Below are positions 49,361-63,190 of a stretch of 64,000 bases of DNA, one piece after another. The position numbers and the translations under genes were made by a program. A model generated the notes under the pieces. The model worked only from the letters and a program-made list of their open reading frames with translations, was not told the DNA's origin and did no database searches. Each line of letters opens with the position of its first letter. Position 1 is the stretch's first letter. The DNA comes from Octopus sinensis (Eukaryota): the NCBI RefSeq assembly GCF_006345805.1, contig NC_043011.1, forward strand, positions 3,596,001 through 3,660,000, read 5' to 3'.

Positions 49361-51079
49361 TGCTGTTGCTGTTGAGTGGTGGTGTCAGAAGAGGAAATAG
49401 TGGTAGTGGCAGCAGCAGCACTCACAGTAGCAGCAGCAGTAACAGTGGTGACATCGTTGCTGTTATTTGTAACTTAAACAGTTAAGGTACTTTCCAAGAA
49501 TATTCATATTATTTTGATTCTATTTTTCTTCTGCAATGAGATGATAGTTCATATAATAATTCTAACGCATCAGTTGCTTTAAATTTCTTCTTTGAGTCAA
49601 AACTAAAGTTTATAATCAAATGTTATAAACTTTCTTTCGTATGCCAAGCATTTTGTTCAGAAATATCAATCTGAATTTATGTCCAGCCCCAAATTGCATA
49701 TAATTTGGACAATTTCAATTTTTGTTCTCCATATGATTTAAATTTTTTATTAGATTTATTGGGTTAAATGCAGACATAATGTCTGAAATCAGACATATCT
49801 GACAACTCTGCTCAAAGATATCATCACTCATTCATTTACAGAATGAAATGCATTTGTTTCACAGATGAAATAGACAGGTTCTGGCAAAAATGCAAGAAAA
49901 TAAATACGTCTGTAAAGCAACATGTTCGTTAATATTTGTGGCATTCTAACTTCTTTGAATGAAAATTGTGTTGCTTCAATAATTTTTGATAGTTTCACTT
50001 AACTTTTCAACACATTTCTGAATGCATTTGACATTTATTCATGTTTTGCATTTAGTAAGTTTCTTTACTTGTGGCTATTTCGTTTTTCTTTCTGGATTCT
50101 TTTTCTGGTGGTGATTGTGAAGAACGTGTGTGTTTGGTGGTACTATTTTTATGAAAACCAATCCAATGAAGAAGTTAAAATCACATATGTTATTCATTAA
50201 GACTAGGCTGTCTGAATATGTTTTGAGAGCCTTGATTATTTATGAAATCAAGCAATACCATTAAGATATTAAGTAATTAATCTATGATAGGTTTTAATTC
50301 TCCGTATCTCCAAGATAACCCTGTTACACTTTGAGATTTAGTCTCCATTGACTATAATGCATTCAAAGATGGCATATCATTTGGTCTAACCTCCAGAGAC
50401 TTGAAGAGGCTCTGAGTAGTCTCGGACCTATTGCAGGGTGGTTCGGCACTTATTGTCATCTCTAGGAAAGCAAGATATATCCATAAAGGTAGACGTAGAT
50501 GGCAAGCAGAAGACACTCATTTATTTTTGCTGTCAAACATCTATGAACACTGTTTATATCTTCCGTGTCATCAAGACATTTTTCAACAGTTTTGTAGAGT
50601 TTCAGCTCTTGCTTTCTGAGTTCAGTTTTAACCAATTCATAGAAAACACTAAGGCACTTCATTCATAAGGTTTTATTTTCTTTGGTGATAAATCTGAGTC
50701 GTGTTGCAACTTGCTCATTTCTGCTGACATCTAACATTTCATGAATAATGATGGAATACTTTAAACTCTTTTTCACATTACTTACCTAAAACCTAGCTTA
50801 ACTATGAAACCAAAACTATTTTGAATAGCAACTGAAATTCATTTCTTGTATGCAACTAACTAACATGGAAAACCTTGAAGTTTTAAAAAGTTATCATAGT
50901 TAATATCATAAACTTTGTTCAATTTAGTGTGGCCCTCTGAATGACTCTGTAGTGAATAATTAAGTTTCAGACTGGTGGTACAATCATGTCACAGAAAAGG
51001 CTTTAAGCGAACTTGGAAATCAAAATTCTCTGGGATTTTGACATCTAGACAGAGGAAACAATTGAACCCTGCAGATTAT

Positions 51080-51630
51080 CATTGGTAAGAAGGTTGTTTC
51101 TCAACCACATGGTTCCAAGTTCAGTTTGTGAGCATGTGTCTTCTATTACAGCCCTATTTCGTCTGTTGTTATGTTCCGAGTTCAAATTCCGCTGAGGTCG
51201 ACTTTACCTTTCATATTTTCGGGGTCGATAAATTAAGTACCAGTTTCGCACTGGAATCGATGTAATCAACTTAATCCCTTTGTCTGTCCTTGTTTTAGCC
51301 CCTTGTGGGTAGTAAAGAAATATATTACAGCCCTGGGGCCAACTAAAGCTTTGTGAGTGAATTTGGTGGATGGTAACTGAAAGAAGCTCATTGTATATAT
51401 GTATGTGTGTATGCATGTGTGTGTGTGTGTTTGTCCCCCATACCTCTTGACAACTGGTATTGATTTGTTTATGTTGCTGTAAGCTTGCAATTCAGCAAAA
51501 AATTCCAATATAATAAGTACCAGACTTAAAAAGAAAAAAAAAAATAGTGAAGTCAATTATTCAGCAAAAATCCCTTCAAGGTGGTGCCCCAGCATGGCCA
51601 CGGTCGCATAACTGAAAGAAGGAAATGACA
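51080..51630 (+). mobile_element. SINE family C with a nested family B copy
   Basis: Family B at 51156-51322 with 12-bp TSD tattacagccct (51144-51155 and 51323-51334). Confidence 0.85.
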
Positions 51631-51675
51631 AAAATAAATGGTATGCATGTTTCAGTGTTAAATATGTGCATGTTA

Positions 51676-51763
51676 TTGTTAATCAAAAGTCATTGTTAAT
51701 CAAAAGTCATTGTTAATCAAAAGTCATTGTTAATCAAAGACATTGTTAATCAAAGACATTGTT
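51676..51763. repeat. 16-17-bp minisatellite (attgttaatcaaaagtc), ~5 copies
   Basis: Seen directly. Confidence 0.9.
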
Positions 51764-51902
51764 ATTGTATATGATTCCTTCTCAGACGCATATTCAACCA
51801 TTGAGGTTTTTGCTCTTAAAAGGACAAAGGGAAATATTACCTGACTTGCAACCGAGTGAAGATATGCAACAGGAAGAGCATCTGGACCGTTAACGATTTA
51901 CG

Positions 51903-52255
51903 TGTTTCTGTCATTAGACTGTGCCCATGCTGGGGCACTGCCTTGAAGAATTTTTAGTCAAATGAATTGACTCCAGTAGACTTCATTTTAATCCTGGTAC
52001 TTATTTTGTTGATTTCTTTTGTCATAAAACACACTAACACAACTTGTGAAGCAGTGGTGGGGCCCAAAAACATGCACACATACACACACATATACAATGG
52101 GTTTCTTCCAGTTTCCATCTAACAAATCCACTCATAAAGCTTTAGTTGACCTGGTGCTATAGTAGAAGACATTTACCCAATCTGCCATGGCAATGGGACT
52201 GAACTCAGAACCATGTGTTTGGGAAGCAAGCTTCTTACCACAGAGCCACACCTGC
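51903..52255 (-). mobile_element. SINE family C, older copy
   Basis: Family C motifs. Confidence 0.75.
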
Positions 52256-52406
52256 TTCAACAAAATTTATCTTGTACATACAAGTATGAAAAAGTGGACC
52301 TTGATGTCGATTCTATTGACCCCAACAGCTTATTTCAGTTTAGTTCTTCCATCTATTCATCCATCCTCCTCACCCACTATTCCTGGGAGGAATGTTAGGA
52401 TAGCAT

Positions 52407-52570
52407 AGGCGCAGGAGTGGCTGTGTGGTAAGTAGCTTGCTAACCAACCATATGGTTCCAGGTTCAGTCCCACTGCGTGGCATCTTGGGCAAGTGTCTTC
52501 TGCTATAGCTCCGGGCCGACTAATGCCTTGTGAGTGGATTTGGTAGATGGAAACTGAAAGAAGCCTGTCG

Positions 52571-52601
<31 letters not shown>

Positions 52602-52836
52602 TATATGTATGTGTGTGTTTGTGTGTCTGTATTTGTCCCCCTAGCATTGCTTGGCAACCAATGCTGGTGTGTTTACGTCCCCGTCACTTAGCGGTTCGGC
52701 AAAAAGAGACCGATAGAATAAGTACTGGGCTTACAAGGAATAAGTCCCGGGGTCGATTTGCTCGACTAAAGGTGGTGCTCCAGCATGGCCACAGTCAAAT
52801 GACTGAAACAAGTAAAAGAGTAAAGAGTAAGAGAGT
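52407..52836 (+). mobile_element. SINE family C, young copy
   Basis: Full family C layout. Confidence 0.9.
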
Positions 52837-53463
52837 CCTCAGGCACAACCTCTACAGGGTCCTGTCAGAAGCAACCATTATTACACTTCCTGGCTGGATT
52901 TTCAAATGTGACCACCTGATATTCCCTAACCATCTCATTCTTGCTCTAAGACAAGGTCTCCTGCCATCTGACTTGGCTACAAGACTCCATCTCTTGATTT
53001 CCAACAACATTCTATTCATACATCTGTTGTATCGGAATTGCGACCTATCAATACAGCAGAGTAATAGCTCAACTTACCAGTACTTAAATTATTAATTGCT
53101 ATTTATTGAATGGCTGTGTTTCAGTCGTTTTTAAATAAAGGGATGCACACAGAGCTACAGAAATATAATCAAGCAAACCCATTGATACACACACAAACAC
53201 ACACACACACACACAAACACACACAAATAAAGTTTGCGTGATAGTGCGTGAGTTGAGAGAATTTGTAAAAGAAAATAATTAATTGAAAGGCGTTCTAAAT
53301 ATTCCAATTATTTTGTTAAATAAACCAATCATTAATGCAATATATTTTATAATTCCTGCAATCTGCAATAGACAATGGCTATACACAAAATTTCTTGAAA
53401 TATCAAATTCATTTTTCTCTCTTGTTCTCTCTCACTTTTACTATATGTGCATATGAACACACA

Positions 53464-53499
<36 letters not shown>

Positions 53500-53510
53500 T
53501 ACACACACAT

Positions 53511-53543
<33 letters not shown>

Positions 53544-53630
53544 ATATATATATATACATATATATATTATACATACATAATATATATATATATACATACA
53601 TACATAAATACATATACATACATAAATACA

Positions 53631-53662
<32 letters not shown>

Positions 53663-53931
53663 AACACACACATATACATACATATAAGAGTGAATTGGGC
53701 ATGAAATTGTATAATCTATTATAGCTACCTCTCTTAACGCATGCAGGACATATATTCATTCTGGATATTTAAAGAACAGTTCAAGTTTGTCGTCAGATGA
53801 ATGCTTTACCTGAGGTGAACATGAAATGCCAACTTGCAAGGTAATGTCAATAACAGACTCTATCATCTCAATACACAACACACATACACAACGCACACAA
53901 CACAAAATATGCATACATGCATATATGTTAT

Positions 53932-53972
<41 letters not shown>

Positions 53973-53983
53973 CACACACACAC

Positions 53984-54044
<61 letters not shown>

Positions 54045-54945
54045 TAAAATATATATATACATATATATATGTACATATACATATATTCATATATATATAT
54101 ATGAACATATATATATATATATGTACGTATATATATATACATATATATGTACATATATATATATATATATTATATATATATATATATACATATAATTATA
54201 TATTTAAATTTTATATATATATATATAAAATCTTATTTCTAACATGTGTATAATGATATCTATCTTATTTATTTATGCGCGAGTGTGTATATATGTATGT
54301 ATGTGTGGTGTGGTGTGTGTATGTGTGTGTGTGTGTGTGTGTGTATGTGTGTGTGTGTGATGTGTGTGTGTGTATAGGTAGAAGAATGTATATAGCCAGC
54401 CAAATGCCAGAAACGTGAGTGTGGAGAAGAAAAAGTCATACGGAATGCTTGTGACATGACGGGTGCCAAAATGTCTGGCAGAAACCATTCTTCTCATATT
54501 GTGAATCTATCCCTGGCACTGAAGACAGACAGAGAATATAAATGATGTTAATTATTTTACTAATATTGGCATTACATATCCTCTTGCATCTTTGCAGAAG
54601 TGTGTGTTTTCCAGCTTGCATTGGTATTTTTCGTTTGCATGTGTGTGTTGGTTGTTTAGTGTTTGTGCCTGTGTACAGATGAACATGCCTGTGTCTCTAT
54701 ATGCATGCATGTCTAAATATATCTTCTGTTGTATGCTCACAGACGGACACACGTATATATATATGTACTTGGAAATGCAAAACACATATGCATGCACACA
54801 GACTCACACATACACACACACACACCGATGCACATACACAAATGCACACACACATACACTGATGCGCACAGACATGCACATATGCATGCATGCACACACA
54901 CCCATGTACACACACACATATCATACACATGCATACACCCATGCA

Positions 54946-54976
<31 letters not shown>

Positions 54977-55129
54977 CCATGTACACACACACACACACAC
55001 CTATGCACACACACACACCTATGCACACACACACACCTATGCACACACACACACACACACACACAGGAGTTTACTGTGATTTCAAGCTTGGATTTTTGAA
55101 TGATTTGAAGAAAGCCTTAAGAGGCAAAA

Positions 55130-56580
55130 TATGAACTCCCATCCAACACCCACCTCTTTTTCCTGAATGATGTCCTTCTCAATTCCTCTAAGTAAATCTG
55201 TTTCCTCCCACAATCTCCAAACCTCTCCCTATCACTAACACTCTTTGCCCATAATTCTTCCTGCATCAAGAATATCTACCTCTTTCTGATTTAATCATCC
55301 ACCATGACTTCAGTGCTCACATTTATCCCATTCTGATGTGATACTATTCAGCAATCAGATAGTTTATATTCTTCAACTACCTCCGATGATTGAATTTGTC
55401 CCCAATTTACATCTCCGATGAACATGCATATAGAGACACAGGCATGTTCATCTGTACGCATGCACAAACACTAAACAACCAACACATACATGCAAACAAA
55501 AAATACCAAGACAAGCTGGAAAACACACACTTCTGCAAAGATGCAAGAGGATATGTAATGCCAATATTAGTAAAATAAATAACATTGATCTCTTTATTGC
55601 CCCTAAACCTATCCTCTACGAAATTATAATTGTCTCTCTGTCCCTATTTCATCATCTGAACGTTGCTTTAGCATGACTTCTCACATCCACATTCCATATA
55701 ACCTCCCTCATCTCAAATATAATGGTTCTGTAACCAGAAATCTCAGGAAGAAAGACTTCACATCTACTTAGTTCTATAGAAAATACTTTCACATTTACTG
55801 ACAATTTTGAATCCAGCCCTTCAGGGTCACACTGGTGGAGATCTTTTCTGTAACTCTTCCATTCCTCTCATCTAGATTCACTGCTCTGTACAGACACACA
55901 GCAGGTATGAAATTAACTACTTCCTGACAATATCGCTTCCTTTATCCTCAAACAATGCAAACAGCCATCCTTATCAAACTTTTCAGTCTCTGTCCCAATC
56001 TTTATAAACACATTTCTCAGGCCAGCCACTCTGGCCTTGCCAGTTACCATCTATTGCACCCTCTTCCAACATCTGATAGATTATGGAGAGTACCATTAAT
56101 AACAATCTCCTCCAGTTACTTGACTCTTTCTCTCTCCCTCTCCCCCTCTCTCTCTCTCTTTCTTTCTCTTCTCAGTTACTACCGATATAACTTCTCAAAG
56201 AGAAATCTGTTGGAGGACCACTCCACTAATTATTCAGCAGTGTGCCCTCACCCTCAAGAAATTTGATGAAAACAATTATTCCACTCTGTATCAGCAAAGC
56301 ATTTAACTGTGCTCCACAAGGAAATTACTTGGCAAAACTGCCTCCCTATGGGCTCCATTCATCTAACTTCATTAGGTCAGTAGCTTCTTTTCAGCTCTGA
56401 CCATCATAGCATGTGCTGATGGCACTCTTTCTAATCCACATTCCATCTGCTGTTGTGTGGGACATCATTTGATTTACTTCCCTACACTCTCTCTCTTAGT
56501 CATCAGTAAAGTAATTTCCATCACTTCTACACCTTACATTCCTCACTAAACTCCAACATCCAGTCATCAGCCATATGTAA
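55130..56580 (+). pseudogene. Old CR1/Jockey-group LINE RT relic
   Basis: ISKAFNCA...LLGKT/LPPYG remnants near 56290-56360 resembling DxxKAFDxV...LLxKLxxYG; heavily decayed. Confidence 0.5.
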
Positions 56581-56582
56581 GT

Positions 56583-56992
56583 TACTCTCTCTTTTCTCTT
56601 TTACTCGTTTCAGTCATTTGACTGTGGCCATGCTGTAGCACCGCCTTTAGTCGAGACAATCGACCCCAGGACTTATTCTTTGCAAGACAAGTACTTATTC
56701 TATCGGTCTCTTTTGCCAAACCGCTAAGTTACAGGGACGTAAACACACCAGCATCGGTTGTCAAGGGATGTTGGGGGGACAAAGACAGACACACAAACCC
56801 ATACGCACACACATATATATATACATATATATGATGAGCTTCTTTCAGTTTACATCTACCAAATCCACTCACAAGGCTTTGATCAGCCTGAGGCTATAGT
56901 AGAAGACACTTGCCCAAGGTGCCATGCAGTGGGACTGAACCCAGAACCATGTAGTTGGTAAGCAAGCTACTTACCACACAGCCACTCCTGCG
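56583..56992 (-). mobile_element. SINE family C
   Basis: Full family C layout. Confidence 0.9.
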
Positions 56993-57021
56993 TTAGGGAC
57001 CTTATGCAAAACTTACCCTGA

Positions 57022-57720
57022 CATACTTCTTGCAGAGAAAGGGTGGATAAGGTCATAGAGGTAGTCAGAGTGAGTGATAAAGTGCTTAATCTCAGGTTAG
57101 TCTTGCAGAATAGCATAGCATCACAGAACTCCAGTAGCCTTGTTCCTTCTTTGTTTCATGAACCAATTCCATGGCCTCCATGTACAGCATGGAAAATACT
57201 GGGCTGCCATCTGACATGCCCATTGAAGTCCCCAGCCATGAGGATGAGATCCTTGTCATTCGTTTTTGAGGTAGCTTGCAGGTGAATATCATAAAAATGG
57301 TCCTTCTGTTCATTTGGTAGGCCTGCTTGTGGGGTAGAGGCAGGGATAATTGATGCTATGCTATTCTGCAAGACTAACCTGAGATTAAGCACTTTATCAC
57401 TCACTCTGACTACCTCTATGACCTTATCCACCCTTTCTCGGCAAGAAGTATGCCCACACTGCCTACCCCATCACTGTTACCTTCCCAGAAGATTTTATAC
57501 CTATGTGTCTTGCCTGTGAGGAACCTGGTCAAAGCTCCTCCCCACCTTACTTCTTGCATGCAGCATACATCAACATCCGTCCTTTGAAGCAGCTCAACAA
57601 TCTCATTAGACCTACTTTAACAGTGCCTACATTAACAACATGCTGCATAAAATCATAATTAACTGGTCCTCCTGCACTTTCTTTTACATAATGCCTGGAA
57701 CTTTTCAGTACCCACTTGTA
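57022..57720 (-). pseudogene. RTE LINE AP-endonuclease relic with an inverted duplication
   Basis: DKVIEVVRVSDKVLNLRLVL...PQAGL...ILMAGDFNGHV...HGGHGIG; 102-bp inverted copy at 57022-57123. Confidence 0.8.
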
Positions 57721-58320
57721 TTTAACACAGCAAAGTCTAAAACCAAAGTCTAAGCCCTCTTTAATTCTTAATACCCTGCCAGGTTCAGATGATGGCCACA
57801 ATGGAGTGCGATCAACACATCTGATATATTGCATTCACAGACAGTCCTCGAACTGATTGACATGAAGTCACTCACTGACACACTCTAACCTTTGGCCCAC
57901 AGGCACAGTGTTGCCACTCTTTGATTTTCCTAAACTACAACAATGTGCACAACTACATTGGTCCAAGCTTCAAGAAGGTGACCCCTTCTTGTACCACTTC
58001 TACTCAAGTACTCATCACTTACTTATCTTTCCCCTTCTCATTGTATTGTTTTACCCCTCCAAACCTCATACTAATCCTTACAACCAGTCCTTTATTTCTC
58101 ACAACTTCGACCTTCTGAAATTTCTTCTCTTCACATGTGTTTCCTGCAACAATCAACTTGTGACTCTTCTAGAGGAACATTAACCTTATTAGTCTCACCA
58201 GGGGTATAACCCCTTTCCTTCACACCAAACTGAAACATGAGAATTCTTCTCACCAGTGACTTAAATATTTTTTTATTTCCAAGTTTTGTACAGTTTTTTA
58301 AGAAATATACTTGTTATAGT

Positions 58321-58565
58321 ATGGTTGTATACTGTGTCCTTATATACATTTACGAAGGGGGAGTTTGTCTCCCCTTCGTAAATGTATATAAGGACACAGG
58401 AAAAATGTGTCAAAGCCATCAGGAGGCGTCGATGCTTCCTAGGGCTAAACAGCGGTGGTGTAACCCCCTACTGTTACGTTCACGTTAGATTGACAGTATA
58501 CAACCATTCTATCGCCCCACCACCGTACATATCTCTATAAGAGATTTGGAAATTTGATATTTCTG
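58321..58565 (+). mobile_element. Truncated fold-back copy of the 2052-2603 family
   Basis: 29-bp perfect hairpin stem 58332-58399, then sequence homologous to 2477-2600 and to the reverse complement of 2056-2110. Confidence 0.75.
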
Positions 58566-58874
58566 ACTTGTTGTAGTATTTATATTGAAACCTTTACTAT
58601 TAGTTTTCAATGTGTGTTTGTGTGTCGGTATGTATATGTGTGTGTTTGTGTGCATGTGCAGCCTTTCATATATTTTTCTTTATAATTTTACCAATAAATA
58701 ATAAACGATATGATGGAAATCAGCCCTTGTGTATAATTATTGATAAAGATAACTCTTTCTGAACACAAAATTATGTATGCATGTGTGTGTGTGAGTGAGA
58801 GAGATTGTACACATGTATAAATGTATGCATGTATTATACACGTGTATATGTATGTATATATATATATATATATG

Positions 58875-59012
58875 TCTTTACTGCCCACAAAGGGCCAAAC
58901 ACAGAGGGGACAAACAAGGACAGGCAAAGGGATTAAGTTGATTACATCGACCCCAGTGCGTTACAGATACTTTATTTATCGACCCCAAAAGGATGAAAGG
59001 CAAAGTCGACCT
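58875..59012 (-). mobile_element. SINE family B, 5' truncated
   Basis: Family B 3' portion. Confidence 0.8.
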
Positions 59013-59082
59013 TGGGATATATATATATATATATTTAGTCCAACCCATGCTAGCATGGAAAGCAGACGTTAAATGATGATGA

Positions 59083-59122
<40 letters not shown>

Positions 59123-60716
59123 CACTTGTGTACTCATACTTGTATATGACTATCTGTATGTGTGTTTGTGTATGCATGTGTATTTTGGGAGATGTCAAAG
59201 GTCTACGTTCTCCTCTGCAGAAAAATAAATGGAGATGTGTGCAGATTAAGTAAGATATATCAGTTTACAAGCTGTGCATCCACCACGTGCATGTAATGCA
59301 GAATATGCATGTACATGCAGTAATGTATTCAAATTGATAGATATTTAGTGCCTGTGTCTCAGTATATTCATATTTTGGTACATTTATGTATATTCATAGA
59401 CATATACTTGTGTGTATATATGTGTGCATGCATATTTTGTATATAACAGCTGTATTGTGCAAGTACAGTTGGCATGTTGATAGATGTCACTTTATCTCTG
59501 GACATGTCTTTATTTATTTCTGCTGCTAAAGGAAGGGAAAATAGATCTTTAACATCATTGGAAGCAAGCACACACACACACACAGATACACACACACGCA
59601 CACACACACATACACACACACACATACACACGCACACACACACATACACACGCACGCACACACACATACACACACACACGCACACACACACACATACACA
59701 CACACATACACACGCACACACATACACACGCACACACATACACATGCACATGCACACACACACGCAAACACGCACACACACACACACATACACACGCACA
59801 CGCACACATACACATGCACACACACACACATGCACACACACACACACACACACATGTTTACACTCACTATCAAAGTACTTTTGATAACTGTTATCACTCA
59901 CTGTTTTTAACCCATAGGATACATGCATATAAGGTTATACTGTAAAATTGATATACTAATTTTTCTAGAATGTGCTTTGCATGCACACATCAGTTTTTAT
60001 CTCTTTTTATTTTCATCTTTTGGCTCTTCTTTTGAGATTCTTCAGTCAATAAAATATTCAAAGACTATTGGAGAAGTAAATCATTGCACAAATCTTCAAG
60101 GTGTATAGAAACAATAGAAAAAGTAATAATTCCCACTGCCCCCTCTTATTTCATAACATATTTGGTCATTTCCTCTTTCCTATTAAATTTACAATAAATT
60201 CTTACTTTGTACCACCTGCTTCATGCTTCCTGAACTAACAAAATTGGTCAGATTTCTTAGGCTGAAGTAATTAAATTAACTAAACTGACCACTGATCTAT
60301 TGCCTTTGTTTTGTTTATATTCGAATTCATATATATTGTTTTCTTATATTTTGTTACATTCTGGAAGTGATTGAACGGCCTTTGTTGCTTTTCTCAGTAC
60401 TTTGATCTCTAAGCACTTTAAATGAATAGATTTAGATGTGAGTGATGTTTGATAATTTATTGGATCAGGGGGATACCACAGAAGAAATCATCGACAAATG
60501 ATGGGACCAGGAAGGATACACTGCAAAGTTGCAAAATAGTTGCTATTCTTTCAGTTCTCTTTTGAATAACAAGTTGGTAGATATTAAAGAATGAGTGATG
60601 ACTGGATGGAAGAGTGCCAGGGTTGCCTGCTGCATAGAAACTTAGCAGCAAAATGGACGATAACATACCTGATGTTAAGAGACCAGAAATGCAAATTACC
60701 TTACATACACATATAT

Positions 60717-60943
60717 ATTTCTTTATTTCCCACAAGGGGCTAAACACAGAAGAGACAAACAAGGACAGACAAAGGGATTAAGTCGACTACATCGACCCCA
60801 GTGCATAACTGGTACTTAATTTATCGACCCCGGAAGGATGAAAGGCAAAGTCGACCTTGATGGAATTTGAACTCGGAACGTAATGGCAGACAAAATACGG
60901 CAATGCATTTCGCCCGGCGTGCTAACGTTTCTGCCAGCTTGCC
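60717..60943 (-). mobile_element. SINE family B, full length
   Basis: 19-bp TSD accttacatacacatatat at 60698-60716 and 60944-60962. Confidence 0.9.
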
Positions 60944-62789
60944 ACCTTACATACACATATATGTCATAGCAATACACAAGTCACAGTAGTACATAAGTCT
61001 CGTCTTCTTTGTGTTTATAATATTGTGACTTTTGCTGTTGACTAATACATAAACTGCATGTTGCTTTTCATAAATACTATTTGTATCTTCACTAGAAATT
61101 GGGATTATTTCAGCTAAGCAAAACATTTAGTTAAAATAATCACAAGCATTGTCAATGCAGTCAAGCAAAGCACCAGAGCCATAGATATGGTAGCTATATT
61201 TTTCTATAGTCTACAGACCAACTTTAATTTTTAAATCATCAGTCTTGACTGGCAGACAGATAGTGCAACTTTATTTGATTAAGATTACTATTGCAGGATG
61301 GAGAACTCTAACTGTACGTTTTCAATATCCGAAGGTTATTTTTTGTTTTTGTACAAGATGTCAACCGACATATGTTCATTTATACCACTGATATTCATAT
61401 ACACGCATATGCACACATGCTTTGCATAACAGTGCAAGGATGTGTGTGTGCATGTGCGTGTATGCATGTGCATGTGTGTGTGTGTGTGCATGCATGTCTG
61501 TGTGAATGCATGTGTTTGTGCGTGCATGTGTGTGTGCATGCATGTGTGTGTTCATGCATGCGTGTGTGCATGCATGTGTGTGTGTGCACGTACAATGTGT
61601 TTGTCAGTGTGTGTGTCTTACTGCATGCTGCAATTCTGAAGCCCAAGGCAAAGTCTGAGTAGAAAAGTCACATGCAGTCTATTGTACCTGAGGAAAAGGC
61701 TGCTACTTGTCTATGAGTATACATGACAATTGAAACTGCATTTTTTGTAATGAGAAATCATTATCTAAATATCTAAGATATAACAACCATAATCATCTCA
61801 CCTCGGCGAACAACTAGGATTACCTTATCTTTTAAATTTTGCCTTTTTTAGATTGTAGTGTGCAGTTTGAACATAGTTACATCCTATTTCTAACAGTTGA
61901 GCAACAACATAGAGGGTCACTTATTAATTTGAGACCCTGGAAGTAAAATTCATAGGTGTTTACTCTTCCATTTCAATTTTGTTGGGCAATTATAAAATAA
62001 ATTAGTATTGATTTCATGTGACTATTTTGATCCTCTTAAAAACTTTGGTCTAGTGATTAGTGAAAATAAGTCATCATCATCATCATCATCCTTATCATTT
62101 TGTTCCTATTTTTGCTTTTCCTTGTTGGTGTGGGTCAGACAAATCTTATTAAAGCAGTATTAGTTATAGCTAAGAGCCCTTCCCTTTGCCAACTTTTACC
62201 TGTTTTTCACTGATGATGCAATGTTAGGCCCTTGTATGGCTCTTGAGCCTTACCAAAGATTTGCACATTCTATTACATAATGCAGTTGTGCTGGTTAGCA
62301 GAGGGTACAGGTTCCACAGTATGAATTTTGTGCCTTTTTTTAGACTTCAGCCAGCCATGTACATGCAAGAGGTTCATTTCCTTTTCCTTTTGAGTAATAC
62401 CTGTGTTTCATGCTTTTTAAAGTGAAGAAAAGTTTTGCACAGAACTAATCCCATTCGCTAAACTACAAAGCATGATACAAAAAGAAGAGCAACTTCACAT
62501 CATTGGGTGCATTTGCAGTCACGAGTTTCATATCAGACTGTCCTTTAGCCAATCTTTGTTCAATCAAAGGCCAACCACAAGGCAGCAGTGATGCATTTGA
62601 ATTCAGAGTTACTTTCTCCTAGATAAATGGTAAGGTTTGATGACTGAGATATTTGGTTGCTATTTAAAGCAGGTCAAGTGATAACGGAGAGACTTCCTTG
62701 AATTTTATCTTTGATGGATTAGATAGAGATAAAGTAGTAGAGATAAATGTAACCAAATAAATGAGGTATGTCATTTAAGACTATTTTCC

Positions 62790-63190
62790 AGGTGTGCCTG
62801 TGTGGAAAGAAGTTTGCTCCCACACCACATAGACCAGGGTTCAATCCTACTGTGTGGAATCTTAGACAAGTATCTTCTACTATAGCCTCAGGTCAACCAA
62901 AGCCTTGTGAGTGGATGTGGTTGATGGAAATCGAAAGAAATCCATAGCATGTATGTGTGTGTGTGTGTGTTTATTTTAGTCTGTGTTTGTTCCCTATCAC
63001 TGCTTGACAACTAGTGTTGGTATGTTTCATCCCCCGTAACTTAGCAGTTCAGCAAAAGAAACTGATAAAATAAGTACCAGGCTTAAAAAGAAAATTAGTT
63101 TTGGGTTCAATTCATTTGACTAAAAATCCTTCAATGTAGTGCCCCATCATGGCCACAGTCTAATGATTGAAATAAATGAAAGAAAAACTA
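62790..63190 (+). mobile_element. SINE family C, older copy
   Basis: Family C motifs. Confidence 0.75.

Noticed and set aside
54378-54545. Exon with a YIASQ phosphatase-like motif, or a minus-strand exon
   Set aside because: No following PTP motifs, stops nearby and no consistent splice partner on either strand.
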